Under the pieces are notes generated by a model. It saw only the letters and a program-made list of their open reading frames with translations, was not told the origin of the DNA and made no database searches. The translations under genes and the position numbers were made by a program. From an uncultured delta proteobacterium (lineage in GTDB: Bacteria > Desulfobacterota > Desulfomonilia > UBA1062): DNA of 64,000 bases. The stretch is from NCBI GenBank assembly GCA_963752595.1, contig CAVVYZ010000009.1, positions 256,001 through 320,000 of the forward strand. Reading direction: 5' to 3'. This document shows, one piece after another, positions 20,611-29,686 of this stretch. Within the stretch, counting starts at the first letter, position 1, and each line of letters begins with the position of its first letter.

Positions 20611-21718
20611 TGAACAGCAGGCCCTCATTCAAAAGGCAACCCGGTTTGCAAAAGATCATGAGGATATCCTCACCTCCGGCGGCCGCACGCTTGACAGAGC
20701 CGGGGATATCTACCGGACCTATGCCGGTGCAGGGTATCATGCCCTGCTGATCCCGAAGGAATTCCATGGGCAGGGCCTCGATTACGTGAGTGCGGGCCTC
20801 GTGTACGAGGAATTGAGCTGTCGCCTCCCCGGCACTCTCCACGGCCCGGTCACCACTGCCCACTGCGCCGAGATGATGAGGATCGGACTGCAGGGAGACC
20901 GGCAGCCCTCGCTTCTTGCTGCAGTCGCCCGTGACGGATTGGCGGCAGGCTTCTGCCTGACCGAGGAAGGGGCGGGATCGGACATTTCGTCGATCATGAC
21001 CACGGTTCGGAAATCCAAAGGCGGATACCTGATCAACGGGAAGAAAAGCATCGTCATCAATCATGCCCTGGCATCGCATCTCATCGTCTTTGCCACGAGC
21101 TCTCCCGGCAAAGGCCGCGCCGGACTGAACGCTTTCCTGGTGAGTCCGTCATTGCCGGGCATATCCATCGGAGAGGCACACGATTCACCCGAATGCAGCT
21201 TCAGCGTGATGGGCCCGGTGAGCTTTGAGGATGTGGCTGTTCCGGAAAGCTCGCTCCTTGGTGAAGAGGGGAGCGGCTACTTCCTCCTCATGGAAACGCT
21301 CGACAAGGGGAGGCCTCTCGTTGCGGCATGCTGCGTGGGATCGGCTAGGAAGATCTTCGATATGGTGCTCCAGCATGCGAAGAGCAGGGCGCAGTTCGGC
21401 AAGGATCTGTTCTCCTTCCAGGGGATATCGTTTCCCCTGGCGGAATATGCAACCCGCCTCCATGCATCCCGGCTGCTGGCATTCGATGCCTTGAGCCGGA
21501 TCGACACGAAATCGAGCTTTTCCCTGGAGGCATCCATGGCAAAGCTCCATGCAAGCGAGACCCTGCTCGACCTTGCATCCTTCGGCATGGAAGTGCTCGG
21601 TTACCGGGCCGCCTCCGAATCGCACGAGATCCGTCGCATCCATCGCGATGCCCAACTCATGAAGTCCATAGACGGCACGGCGAATGTGCAGAAGATGGTG
21701 ATCGCTTCGCAGCTGTAG
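20594..21718 (+). CDS. Acyl-CoA dehydrogenase family protein
   Basis: FCLTEEGAGSDI, INGKKS, RAQFGK, ASMAKL, IDGTANVQK. Confidence 0.9.
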   Translation: MFPINDEQQALIQKATRFAKDHEDILTSGGRTLDRAGDIYRTYAGAGYHALLIPKEFHGQGLDYVSAGLVYEELSCRLPGTLHGPVTTAHCAEMMRIGLQGDRQPSLLAAVARDGLAAGFCLTEEGAGSDISSIMTTVRKSKGGYLINGKKSIVINHALASHLIVFATSSPGKGRAGLNAFLVSPSLPGISIGEAHDSPECSFSVMGPVSFEDVAVPESSLLGEEGSGYFLLMETLDKGRPLVAACCVGSARKIFDMVLQHAKSRAQFGKDLFSFQGISFPLAEYATRLHASRLLAFDALSRIDTKSSFSLEASMAKLHASETLLDLASFGMEVLGYRAASESHEIRRIHRDAQLMKSIDGTANVQKMVIASQL

Positions 21719-21721
21719 ACG

Positions 21722-22930
21722 TAGAAGAGCAGCTCATGCCCGGGACACTGGAGTTTGCCATCAACCGTCTGGTCGAGAAGCACATGGACTTAAGCATTTT
21801 TGACGGGAAGTACAAGAATGACGAGACCGGCAGGCAGGCCTATGACCCGAAGATTCTGCTGAAGGTAGTGCTGCTGGGATACTCTCGGGGATTGATCTCG
21901 TCAAGAAAGATTGAGCAGGCGTGCCGAGAGAACATCGTGTTCATGGCGTTATCCTGCGGGCAATACCCGGATTATACGACGATAGCCACCTTTGTCTCCA
22001 CCATGAAGAACGAGATCCAACCGTTGTTCCGGAATATCCTGCTGGTGTGCGAGGAGATGGATCTGCTGGGCGGGACGTTTTTTGCCCAGGACGGGTGCAA
22101 GCTCCCCTCGAATGCATCAAAGCAGTGGAGCGGGAAGGTCTCCGATCTGAAGCGGAAGAAGGCCGGAATAGAAGAGAAGGTAGGGAGCAGGAGGAGGAGA
22201 CGGAAGGAGATGATCTCCCATCGGGGCACCGGGAGAAGCAGATCGAGAAGTGAGAGAGGGAGGGAGGGGGGGGGAGGACGGGAAAAAGGGCAAGGAGATC
22301 AAGAGCACCATCACGGATAACGAATCTGCAATAATGACCACTTCCCATGGGTCGGTTCAGGGATACAACGGCCGGGCAATGGTGGATGCGAAGCATCAGG
22401 TCATTGTTCACGGGGAGGTCTTCGGCACCGGCCGGGATGCGGAACTCGTACCACCGATGATCGACGGCACAAAGGAGAACATGGAGAAGATCGGCCATGA
22501 GGATGCGTCAGAATTCTTCAACGGGAAGATCTTCACCGCTGACAGTGCGTACCACAGCAAAGGCAATTTACAGAAATGCGTGGATGAGAAGATGGATGCG
22601 TACATACCGGACAAGTGGCAGCGCATGAGGGATCCCGCGATATGGGGAATGGAGAAAGCAAGGTAAAACCACCAGGACTCACTTTGCCCGCGAGGACTTC
22701 CTCTACCATGAGGAAGCGGATGAGTACGTGTGCCCGAATGGGAAGATGCTTCGTCTATTGGTAAAGCGGAGGTCATGACGGGGAACGTGTATCGGACATA
22801 TCGTGCCCAGGAGCAGGATTGCAGTGGGTGCGCACTCAGAGAGAAATGTCTTTCCGGAAAAGCTCGGAGCCCGAAATATAAATACCTGATGATCCCTAAC
22901 CTCTTCCAAAATCGGTTTTTCAACGGCCTT
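21722..22930 (+). mobile_element. IS1182-family transposase relic (5'-truncated, frameshifted, internally deleted)
   Basis: EEQLMPGTLEFAIN, GRQAYDPKILLK, SSRKIEQAC, DGCKLPSNASK, TDNESAIM, GYNG, ADSAY, CP.G. An IR-like TTTTTCAACGGCCT lies at about 22916-22929. Confidence 0.85.
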
Positions 22931-23049
22931 TTTGGAGATCATCGGTTTTGGGGTGTATTCAAGGCTGATGATTTATCGAAGAAATCTATTATAATCACGA
23001 AGCTTACCGACGGCTGTAAGTCATCCGCTGGAACCATTGGTTCGGCAAC

Positions 23050-23244
23050 ATGCTCCGAAATGTGACGATTGTGAATAGCTTCTGTTCCGCTGATGGTGAG
23101 GCACTTCTGTATGACTGTGAAACAAATAGTCCTGCCGGTGTCATCCGCACAGCAGAGTTTTTCATTGTCCGCAATAGCAGGATCGTGGAAATTAGGCTGG
23201 TATTCGATGCGACCAAGCTGCGGCAAATGATGGACATGCAATAA
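23050..23244 (+). pseudogene. C-terminal fragment of a SnoaL/NTF2-like protein
   Basis: ALLYDCET..GVIRTAEFF.V....IVEIRLVFD resembles SnoaL-like C-termini; the 5' part is missing next to the IS end. Confidence 0.5.
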
Positions 23245-23309
23245 GACTTACGTTCGACACTTGCCGGCCTGCTGATGACAAAAACTCTTCAAGGGATTTT
23301 TTTAAACTG

Positions 23310-23351
23310 TTACATACCTCCCGAAGAACTATTCCTTCGGGAGGTATGTAA
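23310..23351. terminator. 17-bp perfect inverted repeat between convergent genes
   Basis: TTACATACCTCCCGAAG-(8 nt)-CTTCGGGAGGTATGTAA. Confidence 0.75.
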
Positions 23352-23385
23352 TGCTCATCCGGGAATCGCTGTGTGTTAAAGTTTC

Positions 23386-24482
23386 TTAAGTTATATTCGT
23401 TAAATCAAGCGCATCAACCTGCATGGCTTCATTGAGAGCCACCTGGTCAACGGGTGGAACAATCGTTCCGGGCCTTACTTCCAGGCTGATCGCCTCGATG
23501 GGACAGCCGGTTGCACAAACCCCGCACCCGATGCAACGATCCAAATCCACAACCGGCACATTCTCATCACCTAATTTCAAAGCCGCCATAGGGCATCGGT
23601 CAATACATGTCTCGCAGGCAGTACAAATATCCTTATCCCATGCCGGTTTGAAACCGGAAGCAAGAGCAATACCAGGCTTCGGAGATGCTAATGCCGTCTT
23701 CAAGATCATGCAATGACACCTACAGCAATTGCAGAGGAAATCGAGGTTCTGCTTGTTGATTCCCGCATGAACCAAACCGGCATCTTCCGTAGCTTTCAGG
23801 ATCTTCAGAGCCTCTTCTTTTGTTATTTTCCTGCCGATTTTTCGATCTATCACAAACTGCGCAGCAGTGCCGAATATCATGCAGGATTCATCCGGCACCT
23901 TGCAGTCATCTTTTTCATCTATAAGTTTCGCCTCATGACGGCAAAAGCAGGTACATACGGCTAAAGGATCATTAGCCTCAATATAATGGGCAACCTGGTC
24001 GTAGGTGTGTACGATATTATCCACCTTGACCGCTCTATCGATGGTGATGACCCTGGTTTGCGGAAAACTTGGCGGCTTGGGGGATGAGCTTCCCTGTATG
24101 CTACCTTGTAGGCATGGATGAGCTTTGCTACTTTCTTGTCCCTTTCAGTTTTGGTTCCCCGCATAAACTGAAATTCAAAAATGCCGGGAACAAAGGGCGG
24201 GCCGCCGTAATAGACAGTTCCCCCAAGGTCTGCTGATATGCAGAGGCCCTTATATGCCATGGCCTCCAGCATTTCGCTAATCTCTTTTTCATTCTTTCCC
24301 ATGGTGGCAGCTATCGAGCTGGCGGGGTTGAAGTCCAGGCCAATGGCTATACTGACGGCAGCCTCTTCAGGTGTGAAAAGTTCCTGGACGAGGGGATAAA
24401 ACTCCGGGATATCCACGCCAGGATACATTCCGCCTCGCTTCTCCATCATAGCACAGAGTTCCTTGTAAACATCGGTCGACAT
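23386..24482 (-). CDS. Cys-rich 4Fe-4S dicluster protein with N-terminal winged-helix-like domain (frameshift at about 24080)
   Basis: FTPEEA..LEAMAYKGL, CTCFCRH, GLVH, CNCCRCHC and two CxxCxxCxxxCP motifs. Adding one base to the G5 run at 24079-24083 joins the two ORFs. Confidence 0.82.
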
Positions 24483-24511
24483 ATCTCAAATCCTCCTTTT
24501 AAATTGATACC

Positions 24512-25699
24512 TCATGGGTTTTGACGGTCAGTCATAAATTGGACCGCCCACTCGCGCATGGTTTTAGGCGGCTCATGAATCGACTCCAATTGTTCAAGGA
24601 GTAAGGATTTCGTAGGACATTTGTAGTTACAGACACCACAACCTATACACCGTTCAGTATTAACTTCAGCCACCTTTCCCAGCCTGTTTATTAACTCACG
24701 GGTTCCCTTTTTCTGATCTGTCACAACAGTCTTTCTATCCTTGACATCGGGCATCTCTTTCAATTCTATCGCTTCCATCGGACAGCGTTTGACGCAGAGG
24801 CCACAGCCTACGCAGGTAGAATCGCTTGCATGTATCCTATAGTTAGAGGGTGACAGGCTCATGGGATGATTGAGTTTATAGTGGGATTCAAACCACATGC
24901 AGCAACACTTGCAGCAATTACAGATAGTATCCGGCTTATGCTGGTAGTTTGATATGCCGTGCACCAGTCCCAATTCTTCACACTGCCGCAGTATATCTTC
25001 CGCTTCCTTGCGCGTTATTTCACGACCCATCCCCTGTTCGACAATATAATGCCCCAATTGGTCAAAATGGAGACAGCGTTCAGCGGGATAATTGCAGTTG
25101 TGGCGCTCCTGATCGAGATTATTGCGATGAGTGCAGGGACAGGTACTGACTGTAAAGTAAGTAAAAGAGTCTAGGACCTTTGTCACTTCTTCATAAGGCA
25201 GCACCTGGCGTCCGCCTTCAATGGCGCTTTCGATCGGCAGAACACGCAACCCCTGATGTTTTGTTGATTTCCAGGGCTCCATAAAACCTGTGGAAAAGTA
25301 CCGATTGGCGATGGGGATTACATTATGGGAATATTCATCGTTCTTTCCCTGCCAGCCAAGTGTGCGCAGCATGAAGAAGCCATCATTGAGGCTGTAGTAT
25401 ACGGTATTATTTCTCACGAAACGGTAGACGAGACCCTTCTTTGCAAGTTCTTCAAGCTTATGCTCAAACTCTGAAACAGGTGTCCCTTTTAATTCCGATA
25501 ATTCATCCAGATTTTTCGGCGAGAAAGGCAAACCGGTGAGCAACTCGGCTTCTTCAGGGGTATAACGTGCCATCATTAAAGATTCCAATTCAACTGAATC
25601 AGGCAACCCGTACCATGTGTTCTTCATCCATTCGATAAATGAACTGTAGATTTCTTTTTCGTTGTTTGCCATGTTTGTCGTATCGGCTCCGTGCGCCAC
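24512..25699 (-). CDS. Paralogous Cys-rich 4Fe-4S dicluster protein
   Basis: YTPEEAELL..LEELAKKGLV, CPCTH, GLVH, ICNCCKCCC, CVGCGLCVKRCP, CIGCGVCNYKCP. Confidence 0.88.
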   Translation of the reverse strand: MAHGADTTNMANNEKEIYSSFIEWMKNTWYGLPDSVELESLMMARYTPEEAELLTGLPFSPKNLDELSELKGTPVSEFEHKLEELAKKGLVYRFVRNNTVYYSLNDGFFMLRTLGWQGKNDEYSHNVIPIANRYFSTGFMEPWKSTKHQGLRVLPIESAIEGGRQVLPYEEVTKVLDSFTYFTVSTCPCTHRNNLDQERHNCNYPAERCLHFDQLGHYIVEQGMGREITRKEAEDILRQCEELGLVHGISNYQHKPDTICNCCKCCCMWFESHYKLNHPMSLSPSNYRIHASDSTCVGCGLCVKRCPMEAIELKEMPDVKDRKTVVTDQKKGTRELINRLGKVAEVNTERCIGCGVCNYKCPTKSLLLEQLESIHEPPKTMREWAVQFMTDRQNP

Positions 25700-25804
25700 A
25701 CTTGACCTCCTGTTTTTTGATCATCAACATCTTTAATCCATGGTCTCTCCGAGTTCCCGGAGAATGGTTTCGAATTGCGAGAGAATTGGATTCTTCACCT
25801 TCTC

Positions 25805-25828
25805 ATAATATAGACCGGTCTATTTTAT
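25805..25828. promoter_or_regulatory. Palindromic TetR-type operator upstream of the Fe-S genes
   Basis: ATAAtATAGACCGGTCTATtTTAT, with 11 of 12 pairs symmetric. Confidence 0.65.
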
Positions 25829-25870
25829 TCTCTTCTTAATAATATTCCACCCTGCCCTAAAGTGGTTACA

Positions 25871-26452
25871 TTATGCCTTCAGAATGTAGTCAAAAATGAA
25901 CTTTGCATGATTCTCAAGTGGCTCTGTACTCTTTGCTACCTTCATGAGCATCAGGGCTCCTTCCCAACTGGATACGATGAAACGGGCTGCTTCATTGGCA
26001 TCAATGGCGTGGGAAAGGTGACCTGACTCCTGGGCCTCATGAAGGACCACGACAAACTGGTTGGCCATGGTATCAAGGGAGGTCTTGAGTTTTTCCCTGA
26101 AGGCAGGATTGATATCTCCCATCTCCTGGGCAAAGTTTCCCAGTGGGCACCCCAAGGTGTAATCCATTGATTTGAAAAACTCCATAAACCATTCGAACAA
26201 AAGCCGGATTCTTTCCAGTGGTGGCTGTGATTTATCCCCGAAGAATTGGTTTGAAATCCGGGAAAAGAACCCAACGAAATAATCAATAACCTGCAGGCCG
26301 AAGTCTTCCTTGCTCTTAAAAAAGTTATAGAAAGATCCCTTGGGGATTCCAGCCTTATCGAGGATTTCCTGTATGCCGGTATTGTTGAAACCCTTCAGGT
26401 GCATGATTTCGGCACCTGTCATGATGAGTTTCAGTTTCGTCTCCTCTTTCAT
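25871..26452 (-). CDS. TetR-family regulator, NemR-like
   Basis: KGFNNTGIQEILDKAGIPKGSFYNFFKSKEDFG; C-terminal GCPLGNFAQEM and SSWEGAL. Confidence 0.93.
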   Translation of the reverse strand: MKEETKLKLIMTGAEIMHLKGFNNTGIQEILDKAGIPKGSFYNFFKSKEDFGLQVIDYFVGFFSRISNQFFGDKSQPPLERIRLLFEWFMEFFKSMDYTLGCPLGNFAQEMGDINPAFREKLKTSLDTMANQFVVVLHEAQESGHLSHAIDANEAARFIVSSWEGALMLMKVAKSTEPLENHAKFIFDYILKA

Positions 26453-26485
26453 AAGTTACCATTCCATATAAGACTTTTTTATAAT

Positions 26486-26500
26486 TAGACCAGTCGTCTT
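26486..26500. promoter_or_regulatory. Second TAGAC-type operator (autoregulation of tetR)
   Basis: TAGACCAGTCGTCTT, about 35 bp upstream of the tetR start. Confidence 0.55.
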
Positions 26501-26892
26501 ATGATGTCAAGGTGAAAGACATCATTTTTAGAAAATATCAATAAATATTCATATGTTATGATTAAAAAAAGGATAGTGGCACGAAACCTACTAAAACATA
26601 TCGGTAGAAACCATAGATTTTGTGCCATAAGCAAGGGCTTGGCCTAATTGAATATATCTTTTGATAATCATCACCTACCAGGCAATCAGGTATGGGTCCA
26701 CAGATCTATAAGAGACCATCTGAGTACTCTCAATACCCTGCTATCCATAGAGACATACTGGCCTCATTGTGAGATGTGTGCGTTCGAAGAATGGCTATCT
26801 TATCTATTCTACAGAGCCGTCTTCCGGTACGGGAATAACTTGGTGGCTGTTCAGGTGCAGGCTCTCGATAAGAGATAGACCTTTCCGAAGGA

Positions 26893-28830
26893 TCATGAGC
26901 CTTTCCGGGACACGAGGGCGAAATCCACATGCCCTTTGATGACGTCTACCCTGGAAACCCTGACCTGAATGATATCTCCGATGGAGATCGTACGATTCCT
27001 GAGCTTCACACTCCTGCCTTCCTCGATGCGGGCATTCTTCATGTCGGAAAATGACACGAGCCCGTCAATGGGCGGGTCAAAGATCTCGACGAACATGCCG
27101 TAGGGGAGAATGCTGGTAGCCACCCCGCTGAACTCGTCGCCGATATGCCGCTGCATGTATGCCGCAGTCTTGAGCCGGATGACCTCGTACATGGCGTCAT
27201 CTGTTTTCTTTTCCTTTTCCGACACCTCGGCTGCGATATGCCTGATATATCCATCGAGCTTGCCGCGCTCTTTTCCCGAGGCCGCCCGGCTGGAAAACAC
27301 GGTTTTCAGCAGTCGGTGAATGATGAGATCCGAGTACCTCCTGATGGGGGAGGTAAAATGGGTGTAGCAGGTGCTCCCCAGCCCGAAATGTCCCAGGTCC
27401 TCGGAAAAGTATTTGGCGCGCTTGAGCGCCCGCAGGATATGCTGATTGACGAAACTGTGCAGCGGTGTCTCTGCATAGAGGCTCGAGATACGCTGGAGGG
27501 CAAAGGAGAGGTTTTTGCGTGCCTGGACAGCCCGGTAAAAACCGCCCAGCTCTCCTTTTTCCAGCCCGATCTCTTTGAGCGTCTCGTAAAGCGCCATGAG
27601 ATCATCCGGGCTCGGCTCCTCGTGAACCCGGTAGAGGATGGGCATGGAGTGTTTCTGGAGGTATCCGCATACCGCATGGTTCGCGCACAGCATGGCCTCC
27701 TCGATGAGCTTCTCGGCCGCACCCCGCTGGTAACGGTACACCCTGTCCACATCGCCGTCATAGCCGATGGTGATGCCTACTTCCGAGATATCGAAGTCGA
27801 GCGCCCCCTTTTTCAGGCGGTTCTTGTAGAGATGCTGGGCAATCCGGTGGAGCTCCAGCACCCTGCCCGCAACCTCTTCATCCAGTGAATCAGGCCTCTT
27901 GCGCGACTGTATGAAGGGATTGAGCTCCTCGTAGATAAGCCGCGCCCTGGAATGGATGACCGCATCGAAGCAGTCCACGTCCATGACCTTGCCGCGCGGG
28001 CCCAGGCGGATTTCCACCGCGATGACCAGCCGGTCCTCATCGGGCTTGAGGCTCATGATCCCGTTCGAGAGGACCTCCGGCAGCATGGGGATCGCTTCCT
28101 CGGGGAAATAGACGCTGAACCCCCGGTTGCGCGCCTCTTCATCCAGAAACGTATCTTTCTTCACGACATGGGCGACATCGGCAATGGCGACGGTCAGGAG
28201 AAAGGTTCCGTCATCGAGCTTCTCGATGCCCACGGCGTCGTCGAAATCCTTGGCCGTGGCTCCGTCGATGGTAAAGAGGACCCTGTCTCGGAGGTCTTTG
28301 CGCCTTTGAAGCTCGGCCGTGATGCTGATCTTGGAAACCTTGACGGCCTCCTGCTCCACCTCCTCGGGGAACAGCCAGGGGAGCCCGTACTTTATGGCCA
28401 CGAACCGCAGGTCGTCACCGGTGTCCTCCGGGATATTGAGGCAGCGCTCTATCCGGGCGGTTACGGTCCTCGTCCTTTCGACATTCTTCGGAGGCTCGAC
28501 AGAAGCGATTACCACGTCGCCGTCCCGTATCGAGCCCCGGTTCTCGGGACGCACGACAACGGCATAGGGAAACGGGTCAAAGGGGATGATGATCCCCCGT
28601 TTCTTCCTGTCGTGGAAGGTCCCGCTCACGGTCGTAGTGGTTCGTTTCAGGACCGAGAGGACCTCGCCCCGCAGGCCTTTTTTTTCCCGGTAGGCCCAGA
28701 CCTCGACCAGATCGCCGTCCATGGCTCCCATGAGCCCTTCGGGAGGGACGAAAACATCGTCACGCCCCTCTTCGGTGAGAATAAAAGCGAAGCCTTTGGG
28801 ATTCCAGTGTACTTTACCTTGTATCTTCAT
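26893..28830 (-). CDS. rnr: Ribonuclease R (RNB family)
   Basis: Cold-shock N-terminus (GFAFI..DDVFVPP), FTIDGATAKDFDDAV, HFGL..YTHFTSPIRRYSDL, C-terminal S1 domain. Confidence 0.92.
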   Translation of the reverse strand: MKIQGKVHWNPKGFAFILTEEGRDDVFVPPEGLMGAMDGDLVEVWAYREKKGLRGEVLSVLKRTTTTVSGTFHDRKKRGIIIPFDPFPYAVVVRPENRGSIRDGDVVIASVEPPKNVERTRTVTARIERCLNIPEDTGDDLRFVAIKYGLPWLFPEEVEQEAVKVSKISITAELQRRKDLRDRVLFTIDGATAKDFDDAVGIEKLDDGTFLLTVAIADVAHVVKKDTFLDEEARNRGFSVYFPEEAIPMLPEVLSNGIMSLKPDEDRLVIAVEIRLGPRGKVMDVDCFDAVIHSRARLIYEELNPFIQSRKRPDSLDEEVAGRVLELHRIAQHLYKNRLKKGALDFDISEVGITIGYDGDVDRVYRYQRGAAEKLIEEAMLCANHAVCGYLQKHSMPILYRVHEEPSPDDLMALYETLKEIGLEKGELGGFYRAVQARKNLSFALQRISSLYAETPLHSFVNQHILRALKRAKYFSEDLGHFGLGSTCYTHFTSPIRRYSDLIIHRLLKTVFSSRAASGKERGKLDGYIRHIAAEVSEKEKKTDDAMYEVIRLKTAAYMQRHIGDEFSGVATSILPYGMFVEIFDPPIDGLVSFSDMKNARIEEGRSVKLRNRTISIGDIIQVRVSRVDVIKGHVDFALVSRKGS

Positions 28831-28939
28831 TCTCTGCTCTCCAAAGCCCTCAATAGATGCATCATTGCATAATTGCCTATGCAATGATAGATATAAATAA
28901 GCGATTCCATGCCAAAAATCGAGGGAGTATGCGATCTTC

Positions 28940-29575
28940 ATGACCTTTTACGAGCTGAAAAAGGACCGCACGTACGGGCCCAATGTGCGGCTCATTTCCC
29001 GGGGTGGAAAACTTGTGGTGGAAAAGACCTACCGGGGCAAGAGCCTGCCCGTGCGAATGCTCGGTTTCATCCTGATTTTCTGGGAGCGCCTGATTTACTC
29101 GAAGCTCCGGGGCATCGAGGGGATTCCGCACGTCTTGCCGGCACCGGACAGGCTCACGCTCGTTACCGGCTTCATGGGAGGAGAGAATTTAAAAGATGCC
29201 TCCCGGGTTCCCGAAGGCACATACTTCGCTTCACTCAGAGACCTCATCTCAAGGATGCACGACCGGGGCGTCATCCATCTTGACTTGCGAAACCGGAGGA
29301 ATTACGGCATCGACGACCAGGGGAGACCTTATCTTGTCGACTTCGCCACCTGCCTGTATATTCCCTGGGGCGGGAGGGCACGAAGGCTTCTCGAAACCAT
29401 AGACTGGATGGGCTTTGCAAAGGTAAAGAATAAGATTCTGCCCGAGGCCCTGGATGAGGGAGAGAAAAAGCTGCTTGCCCTCGGCGAGAGACTGAGCTCG
29501 CTCTGGCTTCCCACGAAGTTTGTGCGCGGCCTTCGGGGGTGTGCACAGTTTCTGCAAAGAGGCTCCCGGAAATAA
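28940..29575 (+). CDS. Small atypical protein-kinase-like protein (RIO1/Kdo-WaaP-like)
   Basis: VVEKTY, HDRGVIHLDLRNRRN catalytic loop, PYLVDFA metal-binding motif. Confidence 0.75.
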   Translation: MTFYELKKDRTYGPNVRLISRGGKLVVEKTYRGKSLPVRMLGFILIFWERLIYSKLRGIEGIPHVLPAPDRLTLVTGFMGGENLKDASRVPEGTYFASLRDLISRMHDRGVIHLDLRNRRNYGIDDQGRPYLVDFATCLYIPWGGRARRLLETIDWMGFAKVKNKILPEALDEGEKKLLALGERLSSLWLPTKFVRGLRGCAQFLQRGSRK

Positions 29576-29686
29576 TGAACAGGCCGCTTCGCCCCATCAA
29601 AATGCAGTTGAATTTTTCCATCGGCCCATATATAGAGCACACTCTGAGCTCATTTCCATCAGCGACTGTTATAAAGGAGAAGGTAA

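Noticed and set aside
26640-26890. Small ORFs and an IS-end-like TTCTACAGAGCC near the island's right border
   Set aside because: No RBS or motifs for the ORFs, and no matching partner inverted repeat found.
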